Below, piece by piece: positions 10,971 through 20,635 of a DNA stretch of 64,000 bases. This DNA comes from Promethearchaeota archaeon. GTDB lineage: Archaea; Asgardarchaeota; Lokiarchaeia; Sigyniarchaeales; SOKP01. Under the pieces are notes generated by a model. The model saw only the letters and a list, made by a program, of their open reading frames with translations. It ran no database searches and had not been told where the DNA came from. The stretch is taken from the NCBI GenBank assembly GCA_019058365.1, contig JAHPZE010000019.1, forward strand, positions 14,744 to 78,743, given 5' to 3'. The stretch's first letter is position 1, and each line of letters starts with the position of its first letter. The position numbers and the translations under genes are program-made.

Positions 10971-11807
10971 CTAACTTTGAAGGAATTCTCGAATTTTAGA
11001 TGAGACAAATTCGGGGGCATCATGGGTTATCCAATGGGAAGATTTTTCATGTCTTATTATTCGTAAATCCTTAACATAATTGGATAATCCTTCTAGTAAT
11101 TGAGGTTTCAAAGCAAGATCTTTCATTCCCCAAAGTACTAGAGTAGGAACATTTATAATTCCTTTCCATTCTTTGAAATTAATATTTGCTCTGTAATAAT
11201 TCACTCCTCCCAGTATTGCCCCAGGTTGAGACCATGCCTTAATGTATTTTTCTTTATCAGTCTCACTAAAATCTTTTGTAAAAACAGTTTTTTTAAGCCA
11301 ATTATAATCATCTTCAATTATAAACTTCTCTCCATTCGGTTTTAAAAACTCAAAAATATAGAAGCTGGCTTTTTGCTGCTCTTTGTCTGTTCTTAATTTT
11401 TGTTGAAAAATTATATGATGAGGGGCATTTAAAATTATTAATTTCTTTAAAAGCTCAGGATATTTCTCAGCAAAGATCCAAGCTACGACCCCACCCCAAT
11501 CATGTCCAGCAAGATTGAATTTACCTAATTTTAATTTTTCACTCAAACCTTTAATATCTTCTATTAAAATTTCTACTTTATAGCTTTCTACCTCTTTCGG
11601 TTTATCAGATAAATTATATCCCCTCATGTCCGGTGTTATTAATTTAAAATCATTCTTAAGTAGGGGAATTACTTTTGACCAACAATACCAAAACTCTGGA
11701 AAGCCATGAAGTAAAATTAAGGGTTCTCCAGATCCTATTATGATAGTATGAAGCTTTATTCCATTGGTTTCAATAAATACCTCTTCAAGTTCATTCAATA
11801 ATCCCAT
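10971..11807 (-). CDS. Alpha/beta hydrolase (epoxide hydrolase-like)
   Basis: LLHGFPEFW, PDMRGYN, GHDWGG nucleophile elbow, NYYRA and SHW. Confidence 0.93.
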   Translation of the reverse strand: MGLLNELEEVFIETNGIKLHTIIIGSGEPLILLHGFPEFWYCWSKVIPLLKNDFKLITPDMRGYNLSDKPKEVESYKVEILIEDIKGLSEKLKLGKFNLAGHDWGGVVAWIFAEKYPELLKKLIILNAPHHIIFQQKLRTDKEQQKASFYIFEFLKPNGEKFIIEDDYNWLKKTVFTKDFSETDKEKYIKAWSQPGAILGGVNYYRANINFKEWKGIINVPTLVLWGMKDLALKPQLLEGLSNYVKDLRIIRHEKSSHWITHDAPEFVSSKIREFLQS

Positions 11808-11970
11808 AATTATACACCAACTATTGTAATTTTGAGAAAAATGATTATATTATAAATTTAAGGAATTTAAAAAATAATAAAAATCTAAAAAAGTAGAGTT
11901 TATCGTTAGAAATTAAGAGAATAAAAACAAGAAATATGTTTTAATCCATTAAAAATTTATATTTAAAATT

Positions 11971-12183
11971 TTATTCAAAATAACTCAAAAAAGAACGAGT
12001 AAAATCCTTTACTAAAGAATTATCAATTTCACCGAACTTATACCTTCCACGTGGCATCTTCTTTTCCCGAATTGAAAAGTAACGTTTTAAAGCAAGTTCA
12101 AAATCATTGATAGCCATACTATTTTCTTCTGCGAATTTTATCTCACCAAATTTTAAGAGAAAATCCGGATTCATAATACTCAA
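11971..12183 (-). CDS. Small hypothetical protein
   Basis: 70-aa ORF preceded by GAGGTGA RBS and a BRE/TATA-like AAAAGATTTATA at about 12270-12280. Confidence 0.65.
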   Translation of the reverse strand: MSIMNPDFLLKFGEIKFAEENSMAINDFELALKRYFSIREKKMPRGRYKFGEIDNSLVKDFTRSFLSYFE

Positions 12184-12317
12184 CTATTTTTTCACCTCAA
12201 TCAATTGTGTTTTATTCAAATGTTTTTTTAATTAAATAATTATTTTTATTAATAAAGATAGGTAAGTATATAAATCTTTTCCTACACTTGCGAGGGTTAA
12301 TTTTTCTTACTTTTAAC

Positions 12318-12346
12318 CGAATCCTCATTCACTGAATGATCATTCA
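12318..12346. promoter_or_regulatory. Tandem palindromic operator, candidate TetR site
   Basis: Perfect palindrome TGAATGATCATTCA (12333-12346) plus an adjacent 11/14 copy CGAATCCTCATTCA (12318-12331), in the divergent region upstream of tetR. Confidence 0.55.
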
Positions 12347-12623
12347 TTCATTAATTTCTTACCTTTATTTTACGAAGAAATGTTATAGAAAAGATATTAG
12401 AATAACCTATTTATATAATTCTTATCATTTTCCTATTTAATATTAATATTTAGAAATATATTTTTAAAGGTTAGGGAATTCCAGATTTCTAAGAAACTTT
12501 AAAATACACTTGAAATTAGAATTTTAAAAGTTAATAAATTTTAATATAATTTCTTATGTAATAATAATTTTAATGAATTTTACTTAGATATAAAATGTCC
12601 ATTATTTTTTGAGTTGAGTTTAA

Positions 12624-13238
12624 GTGTCTTTAAGGGTAAAAAAATCTGAGATAATTAAGAAGGAAAAGAGAAATCTATTTATAATATCGTCTCTATCTGT
12701 TTTTGAAGAAAAAGGATTTAACAACACTCGTATAAAAGATATTACAAAAAAAGCAGGAACATCTGTGGGAAATTTTTATAATTATTTTAAAAGTAAAGAG
12801 GAAGTAATCGAAGTATTAATTAGTGGATTAGCTGAACTTATGATCAGTAAATTTAGAGAATTATTCGTTTATTTCAAAGAAAATAGAATTCCCCCAATCT
12901 CTGCGGTTAAGTATCTTTTTCGAGGATATGCTAAAATGTTTAAGGCAAAAAGTGAAACTTTTTTAATTTTCTTTGAGCAAATGGGAGGGATGGATAAAAA
13001 ATATCGAATCAAGAGAAATGAGATTCTTGACAAATTTACATATGAAGTAGAAAAAATCATCGTAAAACTAATAGAATTCGGAGCTCGTGATCAAAACCCT
13101 AAGATAACAGCTAGAATTTGGACATCTACGGTACTTGGAGTCTTTATTTGGTGGATTCGGAGTGATTTTGAGCTTGAAGAGGAAGAACTTATTGAAAATT
13201 TAACAGATGTTCTTGTTAAAGGCACAATGTCAAAGTAA
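12624..13238 (+). CDS. TetR/AcrR family transcriptional regulator
   Basis: HTH FEEKGFNNTRIKDITKKAGTSVGNFYNYFKSKEE. Confidence 0.95.
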   Translation: MSLRVKKSEIIKKEKRNLFIISSLSVFEEKGFNNTRIKDITKKAGTSVGNFYNYFKSKEEVIEVLISGLAELMISKFRELFVYFKENRIPPISAVKYLFRGYAKMFKAKSETFLIFFEQMGGMDKKYRIKRNEILDKFTYEVEKIIVKLIEFGARDQNPKITARIWTSTVLGVFIWWIRSDFELEEEELIENLTDVLVKGTMSK

Positions 13239-13335
13239 GATAATGAACAATTTATTACAATAGTTATAATTATAAGTAAATGATCTAAATTATACTTGGA
13301 GAATTCATATATAAAATTATTGGGCTTGATTTAAA

Positions 13336-14283
13336 ATGAATAAGGAAATAGATGAAAGAACTTACTTGAATTTTCTTTTACAATCCTTAAATGTTGATGA
13401 TTTGAAACAAATTTGTCGAGATTTTGAAATAAAAGGATTTTCAAAAATGAAGAAATCTGATATTATTGATTTTATTCTTGATTCATTGTCAGAAGAAGAA
13501 TTCAAGGAACTCTTACAGCAAAAAGAAATTGAAATAATATCTGCTGGAATTGATTTAGCAATTAAAAAAATTAATGGTGAAGATAGAGAGAGCATTGCTG
13601 AAATTAAGATTGTAAATCCAAATAAACATGAAATTGAATTAAAATTTAAAGGATGGAATTGGGAAACACAATCTTATTTATCAATTAATTCAAAAAATAT
13701 AATAAATCCTGAACGTGATTGCGATTGTAAAATAGGAGCCAATATGGGTTTTTGCAGTCATTTTTGGATTGGATTCATCTATTCTTTAAAACAAAATTGG
13801 TTTAAGCTTAAAGATTGGACTTTGACTGCTCTACCTGATGATTTTGAAAAAAAAATTAAGACTATAAAACTTGCTGAAACTCAAGTGGGGAAAAATAGTA
13901 ATGAAAAGCAAGAAAAAGCAGTGTTGATTGATGAATCATCTTCAAGTGCGAAATTAATGAAATATCTTGATTCATCGATAACTGTTTATGAGGCAAATAT
14001 TACTGACATTGTTAAAAAGGAATCTGAATTTCAAGGAAATATAACAATTTTTTTTATGGTTTCACTTGGAAATCTCAAATTAGGTCCTAAATTAAAAAAA
14101 GTAAGCGATTACAAAGAAGAAGATACTGATACCGCTGAAAAATTAAAAGTACGGATTAGTGAAAAATTGCAAAATGAGAACAGTTTTATAAAAGGAGATA
14201 AGATCAACTTTAGCGGAAAACTTGTAAGAGACAATTTTTGGGGATACATAGTTAAAAATGTAAGGAAGATTACTAAGAAATAA
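13336..14283 (+). CDS. HeH/Rho-N-like + SWIM zinc finger + putative OB-fold protein
   Basis: N-terminal LNVDDLKQICRDFEIKGFSKMKKSDIIDFI, SWIM motif CDC-x8-CSH, and a beta-rich C-terminus (KGDKINFSGKL). Confidence 0.7.
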   Translation: MNKEIDERTYLNFLLQSLNVDDLKQICRDFEIKGFSKMKKSDIIDFILDSLSEEEFKELLQQKEIEIISAGIDLAIKKINGEDRESIAEIKIVNPNKHEIELKFKGWNWETQSYLSINSKNIINPERDCDCKIGANMGFCSHFWIGFIYSLKQNWFKLKDWTLTALPDDFEKKIKTIKLAETQVGKNSNEKQEKAVLIDESSSSAKLMKYLDSSITVYEANITDIVKKESEFQGNITIFFMVSLGNLKLGPKLKKVSDYKEEDTDTAEKLKVRISEKLQNENSFIKGDKINFSGKLVRDNFWGYIVKNVRKITKK

Positions 14284-14424
14284 AAAATCAAATTACACAC
14301 CTATGTAAACTTTTCTTATAATTAATTCCTTTATTTTTAAGTCAGTAAAGTTTTATTAGTATTACTTTATTCTCCTATATATCCTCTTTTAATTAGGAAT
14401 TTTAATATTTACTTTGGGATATTT

Positions 14425-15336
14425 ATGATGACTAAAACTGAGAATAATAAATCTAATATTATGAAAGGAAAAATCTGTATGATTACAGGTGCTAATTCTG
14501 GAATTGGTAAAGCGACTGCGATAGGTTTAGCGAAATTAGGGGCGACCTTGGTATTAGTTTGTCGGGATCAAGCTCGGGCGGAAAAAGCAATAGTAGAGAT
14601 TAAAAAAAAAACTAGTAATGATTCAATCGATATAATAATTGCCGACTTGTCTTCTCAAAAAGACATCCATAATTTAGTATCGGAGTTCAAAAAAAAGTAT
14701 GGTCAATTACACGTCCTAATTAATAATGCTGGAGTAAATTTAAATAAACATACATTAACCGAAGATGGAATTGAAACAACATTTGCAGTAAATTATTTGG
14801 CTCAATTTATGTTAAGTATTTTATTTTTTGATATCTTAAAAAAAAGTGCTCCTGCCCGCATTGTAAATGTGGCATCAAGTGTCCAAGCAAAAGTTATTGA
14901 TTTTGATGATCTAAATGGTGAAAAGCATTATAGTCAATTAAAAGCATATGCTCAATCAAAACTGGCTGTTATTGTCTTTACTTACGAATTTGCCCAAAAA
15001 ATCTGTGGAACAGGGGTTTCAATAAATTGTCTTCACCCGGGATATGTAAAAACGAATATGATACGTAATTTTCGACCCTTTGTCAAATATTTTTACCATT
15101 TGGTGGGCTTATTTATGAAAAGCCCGAAGCGTGGGGCTAAAAGTTCAATATATTTAGCATCAAATATAGATATTGATGGTGTCAGTGGAAAATATTTCAA
15201 AAAGAGAAAAGAAGCGAAGTCTGTCAAAGTATCTTATGATGCTACTGTATCTAAACAATTGTGGGATGTAAGTGTTAAACTAACAAAGGTTGATTTTAAA
15301 AGTAACTTATCCCAACTAATTGAAAATAAGACTTAA
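14425..15336 (+). CDS. Short-chain dehydrogenase/reductase (retinol dehydrogenase-like)
   Basis: TGANSGIG, NNAG, YAQSK and LHPGYVKT. Confidence 0.95.
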   Translation: MMTKTENNKSNIMKGKICMITGANSGIGKATAIGLAKLGATLVLVCRDQARAEKAIVEIKKKTSNDSIDIIIADLSSQKDIHNLVSEFKKKYGQLHVLINNAGVNLNKHTLTEDGIETTFAVNYLAQFMLSILFFDILKKSAPARIVNVASSVQAKVIDFDDLNGEKHYSQLKAYAQSKLAVIVFTYEFAQKICGTGVSINCLHPGYVKTNMIRNFRPFVKYFYHLVGLFMKSPKRGAKSSIYLASNIDIDGVSGKYFKKRKEAKSVKVSYDATVSKQLWDVSVKLTKVDFKSNLSQLIENKT

Positions 15337-16712
15337 GGGTATTTGCTTTTCAAAGAATTTGTAAGATGGTCTAATTTTTCTGTTATTTTAAGTTTGAATA
15401 AATGAGCTTCCTCTAATTTCATATAGGAATCGGGTATCTTCTTAATATTGTCTAAATAAAATTTCTGAATATCATCCAATTTCGGTAATTTCGTGATTAA
15501 TTTCCCCTTCTTCATAATTGGTAATAATAATGGTTCAGAATTAGGAGGAATAGGCTCATCGTCAAGAGCTAATATATCTTCTTTAAATTTATTATGTTTA
15601 TCGTAAATCCTATATACTTGTTTTTTCCCTGGATATGTTAATTTCTCTTCACTAATTTTAATTTTCGGTAATTTATTATATTCAATTAATTTATATACAC
15701 CTGCGATTGTTGGATCATCCCGTGAGGTTGCTAGTTCTGTTCCAACACCAAAAGCATCAATTGGAGCATTTTCATCAATAATTTCTTTTATTTTGTACTC
15801 ATTTAAATCTGAACTAGCGACAATTAATACTTTTTCACATCCATTGGCATCCAAAATTTTTCGTACTTTTTTCGCATGGTCAATTAGATCCCCAGAATCT
15901 ATTCTTACTCCTCTTATTTTATTCCCAAATATACTAGATAATTCAGCTCCTTTTTCTGTATCATATGTATCTATTAAGAGGATAGAGTCTTCGTTATAAA
16001 TCTTATAATATGACTTAAAACTATCTACCTCATTTTCGAATTTCTGAACAAAACTGTGAGCCATAGTACCGGTAGAATTAATCCCTAATTCAAGATCTGC
16101 TATAACATTACTAGTGCCATTGAATCCCGCAATGTAACTTGCTCTAGCAGCATATACACCGGCGAGGGGACTATGTGATCTTCTTGTACCAAATTCAAGA
16201 AATACTTTATCTGGAGCTACATTTTTAATTCGAGATGCTTTTGACGCAATCAGAGTTTGAAAATTAATTACATTAAGTAAATAAGTCTCTGCAATTTGAG
16301 TATGAAATATTGGTCCTTGGACTCTCATTATTGGTTCATTGGGAAAGAAAAAATTTCCTTCTCTCATTGCCCATATATCAATATTAAATTTAAAATTCGG
16401 TAAGTAGTCATCAAAAAACCGTGTATCAATACTTTTAAAAACTGTCTTATTTCTTAAAAATTCAATTGATCGTTTTGTAAATCTAGCATTAAGTAAATAT
16501 TGAATTGCTTGTTCCAAACCTGCAAAAATTAAATAATTACGATTTCTGGGCAATTTTCTAATGAATAACTCAAACGTCGCGATATCATCTTCTTCTTTAA
16601 TTTTGTTTTCAAGGTTATACTGATAATAAGCAGCACCCATAGTCAATTGATAAAAATCAGTAGCTAGAATCATATTTTGATCGTTTACAAAACCAGAGTT
16701 CACATTACTCAT
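15333..16712 (-). CDS. pncB: Nicotinate phosphoribosyltransferase
   Basis: TDFYQLTM, EFGTRR, GTMAHS, LLIDTYD, GVRIDSGD and FGVGT. Confidence 0.96.
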   Translation of the reverse strand: MSNVNSGFVNDQNMILATDFYQLTMGAAYYQYNLENKIKEEDDIATFELFIRKLPRNRNYLIFAGLEQAIQYLLNARFTKRSIEFLRNKTVFKSIDTRFFDDYLPNFKFNIDIWAMREGNFFFPNEPIMRVQGPIFHTQIAETYLLNVINFQTLIASKASRIKNVAPDKVFLEFGTRRSHSPLAGVYAARASYIAGFNGTSNVIADLELGINSTGTMAHSFVQKFENEVDSFKSYYKIYNEDSILLIDTYDTEKGAELSSIFGNKIRGVRIDSGDLIDHAKKVRKILDANGCEKVLIVASSDLNEYKIKEIIDENAPIDAFGVGTELATSRDDPTIAGVYKLIEYNKLPKIKISEEKLTYPGKKQVYRIYDKHNKFKEDILALDDEPIPPNSEPLLLPIMKKGKLITKLPKLDDIQKFYLDNIKKIPDSYMKLEEAHLFKLKITEKLDHLTNSLKSKYP

Positions 16713-16982
16713 TTTTTTTTCATCGAATTTACTTATATTTTCTTAAGTATTTACTTTACTTTTTATTATTATAAACATTTACAAATTAGTTACATTAAAA
16801 ATAACAACCTCCAAAAAATGCTAATAGAACCTGATAAAGCCTAATTTTAAAGTTTATTTACAAATAATATTCTCAAAAGTAGGAAAGATAAGATTAACTT
16901 TAAAAGTAAAAAAAATTGATCTTTGTATAAATACTTATTTTAACAAAATTGGTCTAGTTATTTTAAAAGAAAAAGTGATTAT

Positions 16983-18719
16983 ATGTACCATTTAGACGAT
17001 GATGAATATTTAAATGTACCTTATTATCGCAAAACGCGTAGCGTTTGTCCAGAATGTTTAGAACCAATTGGTGCCGAAGTTTATGAAGAAAATGATGAAA
17101 TTTGGATGAGAAAAACTTGTGAAGAACATGGTAAATTCAAGGATAAGATAAGCAGTTCTGCTAAATATTATAAATGGACACATTGGGCCATAAGAGATAA
17201 AGATGGAAAGGTTATTTGGAAATTTGATAAGGATGGAGAAGCAAATCCTCCTGATTGTGGTGTCGAAGATCCAAGAGGTTGTCCTTACAATTGTGGTCTA
17301 TGCCCAGAGCATCTATCAACTTGCTCCTTAGCATTAATTGACTTGACTAATCGCTGTAATTTTAATTGTAATTTCTGCTATGCAAACGTACAAAAATCTG
17401 GTTATTTAATTCAACCGTCTTTAGAAGAAATTGATAGAATTATGAAGCATTTCAGAAGTAAACCTATTCCCGCAATTGCAATAATGTTTACCGGTGGAGA
17501 ACCAACAGTTAGAAAAGATTTTCCTGAAATTTGTAAAATGGCAAAAGATAATGGATTCAAAGAGGTTATCGTGGCTACGAATGGTTATGGTTTTCAAAAG
17601 AAAAATGGTGGTCTTGAGTGGACTAAAAAAGTAAAAGCGGCAGGCTTAGATACACTTTACTTCCAATTTGATGGAATCAACAATATTACATATGAAAAAA
17701 CGAGAGGTATTAAGAATCTCATGGCATACAAACAAAGAGTTATCGATAATTGCCGTAAGGCTAAACTTGATTCTATTGTATTAGTTGCTACAATTGCTAA
17801 GGGAATTACTGATATTGAGGTTGGAAATATCATTCAATATGCTATTGATAATGTAGATGTTGTACGAGGTATTACCTTTCAACCTGTATCTCTATGCGGG
17901 CGTATTGCATTTGAAGAAAGACAGGATTTGAGAATCACCAATGCAGATGTGCTAAAGGTTATAGAGGAACAAACTGCTGGAAAAATAGCGATGGAAAATT
18001 CGTGGTACCCTCTAAGTACTATTGTGGAATTTGGCAGAGTCATAGCTTATTTAGCGGATGTTGAACCGATAGAATTCACATGTCATCCTGACTGTGGTTT
18101 TGCGAGCTATATGGTAGTAGATCCAGATTCGGGCGAAATGATGCCGATAATGGAATATTTCGATCCTTTAAAAGTCATTGATTTTGCTAACCGTTTTTGG
18201 GAGAAAATTAAACATAAAGAAAAGAACCAACTCAGAGTTTTTGAAGATTTATTAGGTGATTTTGGTAAAACTTTAGATAAGGGTTTAAATTTTCTTGATA
18301 AGACTCAATTAAGAGCAAGATTTTTATTAGGAGTACTACAATATATGAAAAAACCGGGAAAACTCATGGAAATGTTTTCAAGACTTTTAATGCGTGGAGA
18401 TTGGGAAAGTGTAAGCTCTTTTAGTTATGGTGCGTTGTTACTTTCCAGTATGCATTTTCAAGATGCTTATAACATGGATATTGAAAGAACAAAAAGATGC
18501 ATCGTACATTTTGGAGTTGCAATGCCAGATAAAAGCGTGAAGGAAATAAGCTTTTGTACCATGAATACACTTCATAGACCTATAATTGAGAAACAAATAG
18601 CAAAAAAAATAACTGCAAAAATTAAAAATGAGTTTGACACCACCACAGGTCAATCTGTAGAGGAAATTGAACAAGAAGTAGCCCGTAATGGTGGAATTAA
18701 CAAGAAGGAGGATGCTTAG
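16983..18719 (+). CDS. tes: Tetraether lipid synthase (radical SAM, Tes/MJ0619 family)
   Basis: N-terminal SVCPEC...KTCEEHG, GCPYNCGLCPEH, radical SAM CNFNCNFC, FTCHPDCG, MHFQDAYN, RCIVH and SFC. Confidence 0.9.
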   Translation: MYHLDDDEYLNVPYYRKTRSVCPECLEPIGAEVYEENDEIWMRKTCEEHGKFKDKISSSAKYYKWTHWAIRDKDGKVIWKFDKDGEANPPDCGVEDPRGCPYNCGLCPEHLSTCSLALIDLTNRCNFNCNFCYANVQKSGYLIQPSLEEIDRIMKHFRSKPIPAIAIMFTGGEPTVRKDFPEICKMAKDNGFKEVIVATNGYGFQKKNGGLEWTKKVKAAGLDTLYFQFDGINNITYEKTRGIKNLMAYKQRVIDNCRKAKLDSIVLVATIAKGITDIEVGNIIQYAIDNVDVVRGITFQPVSLCGRIAFEERQDLRITNADVLKVIEEQTAGKIAMENSWYPLSTIVEFGRVIAYLADVEPIEFTCHPDCGFASYMVVDPDSGEMMPIMEYFDPLKVIDFANRFWEKIKHKEKNQLRVFEDLLGDFGKTLDKGLNFLDKTQLRARFLLGVLQYMKKPGKLMEMFSRLLMRGDWESVSSFSYGALLLSSMHFQDAYNMDIERTKRCIVHFGVAMPDKSVKEISFCTMNTLHRPIIEKQIAKKITAKIKNEFDTTTGQSVEEIEQEVARNGGINKKEDA

Positions 18720-19007
18720 ATGCCTGAAGAATTCGTTGAAGATAAAGATGGGATGAAAATTCGTAAACTAGCAGAGCTAAAAACCGTTACGAATAAAGAT
18801 TATGAAGAAGCTATGCTTAAGCGAGTAGATGAATTTAAGGAACAAAAGAAAGAAAAGTCTCAGTTCAACGATGTCTTTCAAAACACGTTCTTTAAAGCTT
18901 TAAATACTGCTTTTGATTTAAAAGTCCAAGTTGATAAAGCTATTGGAGAAGATAATTTAAAAAAGCTTCATAAGGCAATTGATGATATTCTATTATTAGG
19001 GCTCTAA
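18720..19007 (+). CDS. Small helical hypothetical protein translationally adjacent to tes
   Basis: ATG directly follows the tes stop (TAGATG), with GGAGG RBS upstream. Confidence 0.8.
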   Translation: MPEEFVEDKDGMKIRKLAELKTVTNKDYEEAMLKRVDEFKEQKKEKSQFNDVFQNTFFKALNTAFDLKVQVDKAIGEDNLKKLHKAIDDILLLGL

Positions 19008-19072
19008 TTTCATCTTTTTAATTAATTTTATATTTTTAATTTATTTCTTTTTTAACACTTTTTTTAGCACGG

Positions 19073-19422
19073 ATATCAGTAATAATATGGGTATTTGGGA
19101 TACAAAATACTGAAAATGCTTATGGTATCGTCATGTATGGATATGCAATGAGTCATATCGCTTACTGGGGTTCTATTGGGATTATTAGACTTATTACAAT
19201 AGAAACACTTCCTACTGATTGAAGAGGTACTGGTGTAGATTTAGGAGTTTAATAGGAGCAGAGAGAGGCATAATAGGATTATGATCTGGTAATGTTGTTA
19301 TTTTATCATTGGGATTAGGTCCTACGTTCATCATATTTGTGATGGGCAATTTAGTGGTTATATCCTTAGCTGTTTTACTCCTTAAAGAGACAAAGGGCAT
19401 TGAACTCTCTGAAATTAAATAG
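19073..19422 (+). pseudogene. Degraded 3' fragment of an MFS (sugar-porter-like) transporter
   Basis: Reads ...IRLITIETLPTD*RGTGV, then a frameshift, then FRSLIGA...GL*SG...LLLKETKGIELSEIK*. ExxPTxxRGTG and ETKG motifs are present, with in-frame TGA at 19220 and 19282 and no 5' part. Confidence 0.8.
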
Positions 19423-19491
19423 GAAATAAATTTTATAGGAAATAACTCATACTTTTTTTTATAATTTTTTACTCGAAACTCTTCTTCTTGT

Positions 19492-20622
19492 TTGCTTTTT
19501 TTTCATAACTTATTTTTAAAATCACAGTTTAGTTATACTATGGTTTATAACTCTCTTACCTTACCAGTTACAATTTTTTATATATTTAATGGGTTTATTC
19601 ACCTTTATTATGCTCTTAAGTTGAAAAAGAAGTATCCAGAACATAATTTTACAAATTCATTTTTAATATTTTTATTATGGATTGTAGCTGGTGTTGCTTT
19701 TCCTTTCTTTTTTATAAGAGATACGAGTCAAGTAAGATGGTTTGAAGGTTTAACTCTTCAAATTATATGTATATATGCACCCTTGTTAGTTTTTTTCATT
19801 TTATATTACCAATATCAATTTGTATTAAAGAAAAAACCAACTCTAAGAGATGACAGAACCATAGAAAACTTTGTAGATCATTTTACTTTAATGGATATAA
19901 AGAATCTCAATAATAGAAAGATTGCTTTAAGAACTGATTTTCATAGAAAAGCATTCCATCTATTACCTGCAGTGATTATTATTTTTTTATGGCTTTTTGC
20001 AATCTATATTTGGGATGATATATGGCATGCTGATCAATTCTGGGGAATCTCAGGAACAGAATATGGAATATTTCTAATATTGACGGTTGGCTATACAGGA
20101 GTTATCATATTTGCTGCTCTAGATTACATTCGTTTATCCCATATTTTTAATAAAAGTAATATTTATCATTTACTTCCTCATTGTATTTCTAATACATTAG
20201 GTAAAACTTTAAAGAAAAATGAGATCTATGAGTTTACTAGACCAGTTGCCTTAGTTTTATCACTTGTGCCTACCTTGTTCTTTCCTTTTGGAATATTTAC
20301 TGCTACAGCACTAATAGCCACTTTAGGTGATGGTGCAGCATCTATATTTGGACTCAGATTTGGGAGAATTCACATACCAAAATCTTCAAATAAAACTTTA
20401 ATTGGCTATATTTCTGGATTTTTAGCATCCTTCGGAATCAGCATTCTTGTTTTATGGATTTTTGAACAGCAATCCTTAGCTATTTTTAAAGTTGTTGTTA
20501 TTGGATTTGGGGGTGCAATGACATTTCTAATTATTGATATCTTAAATCTTAAAGTAGACGATAATATTTTGAATCCCATATTCTGTTCATTAGTAATGGG
20601 CTTATTATATTATTTTTTATGA
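19492..20622 (+). CDS. CTP-dependent polyprenol/diacylglycerol kinase family (dolichol/phytol kinase-like) membrane protein
   Basis: RKAFHL, GDGAASIFGLRFG, KTLIG and DDNI motifs; ATG 19540 is the probable start. Confidence 0.85.
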   Translation: MLFFHNLFLKSQFSYTMVYNSLTLPVTIFYIFNGFIHLYYALKLKKKYPEHNFTNSFLIFLLWIVAGVAFPFFFIRDTSQVRWFEGLTLQIICIYAPLLVFFILYYQYQFVLKKKPTLRDDRTIENFVDHFTLMDIKNLNNRKIALRTDFHRKAFHLLPAVIIIFLWLFAIYIWDDIWHADQFWGISGTEYGIFLILTVGYTGVIIFAALDYIRLSHIFNKSNIYHLLPHCISNTLGKTLKKNEIYEFTRPVALVLSLVPTLFFPFGIFTATALIATLGDGAASIFGLRFGRIHIPKSSNKTLIGYISGFLASFGISILVLWIFEQQSLAIFKVVVIGFGGAMTFLIIDILNLKVDDNILNPIFCSLVMGLLYYFL

Positions 20623-20635
20623 GATACATTAAAAA

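Noticed and set aside
15333-15336. Convergent SDR and pncB genes sharing TTAA stop codons
   Set aside because: A common consequence of genome compaction; no regulatory evidence.
19220-19284. In-frame TGA codons as selenocysteine or recoding
   Set aside because: They are accompanied by a frameshift and loss of the 5' gene, and the first TGA sits where Arg (CGA/AGA) fits the MFS motif; this is simple decay.
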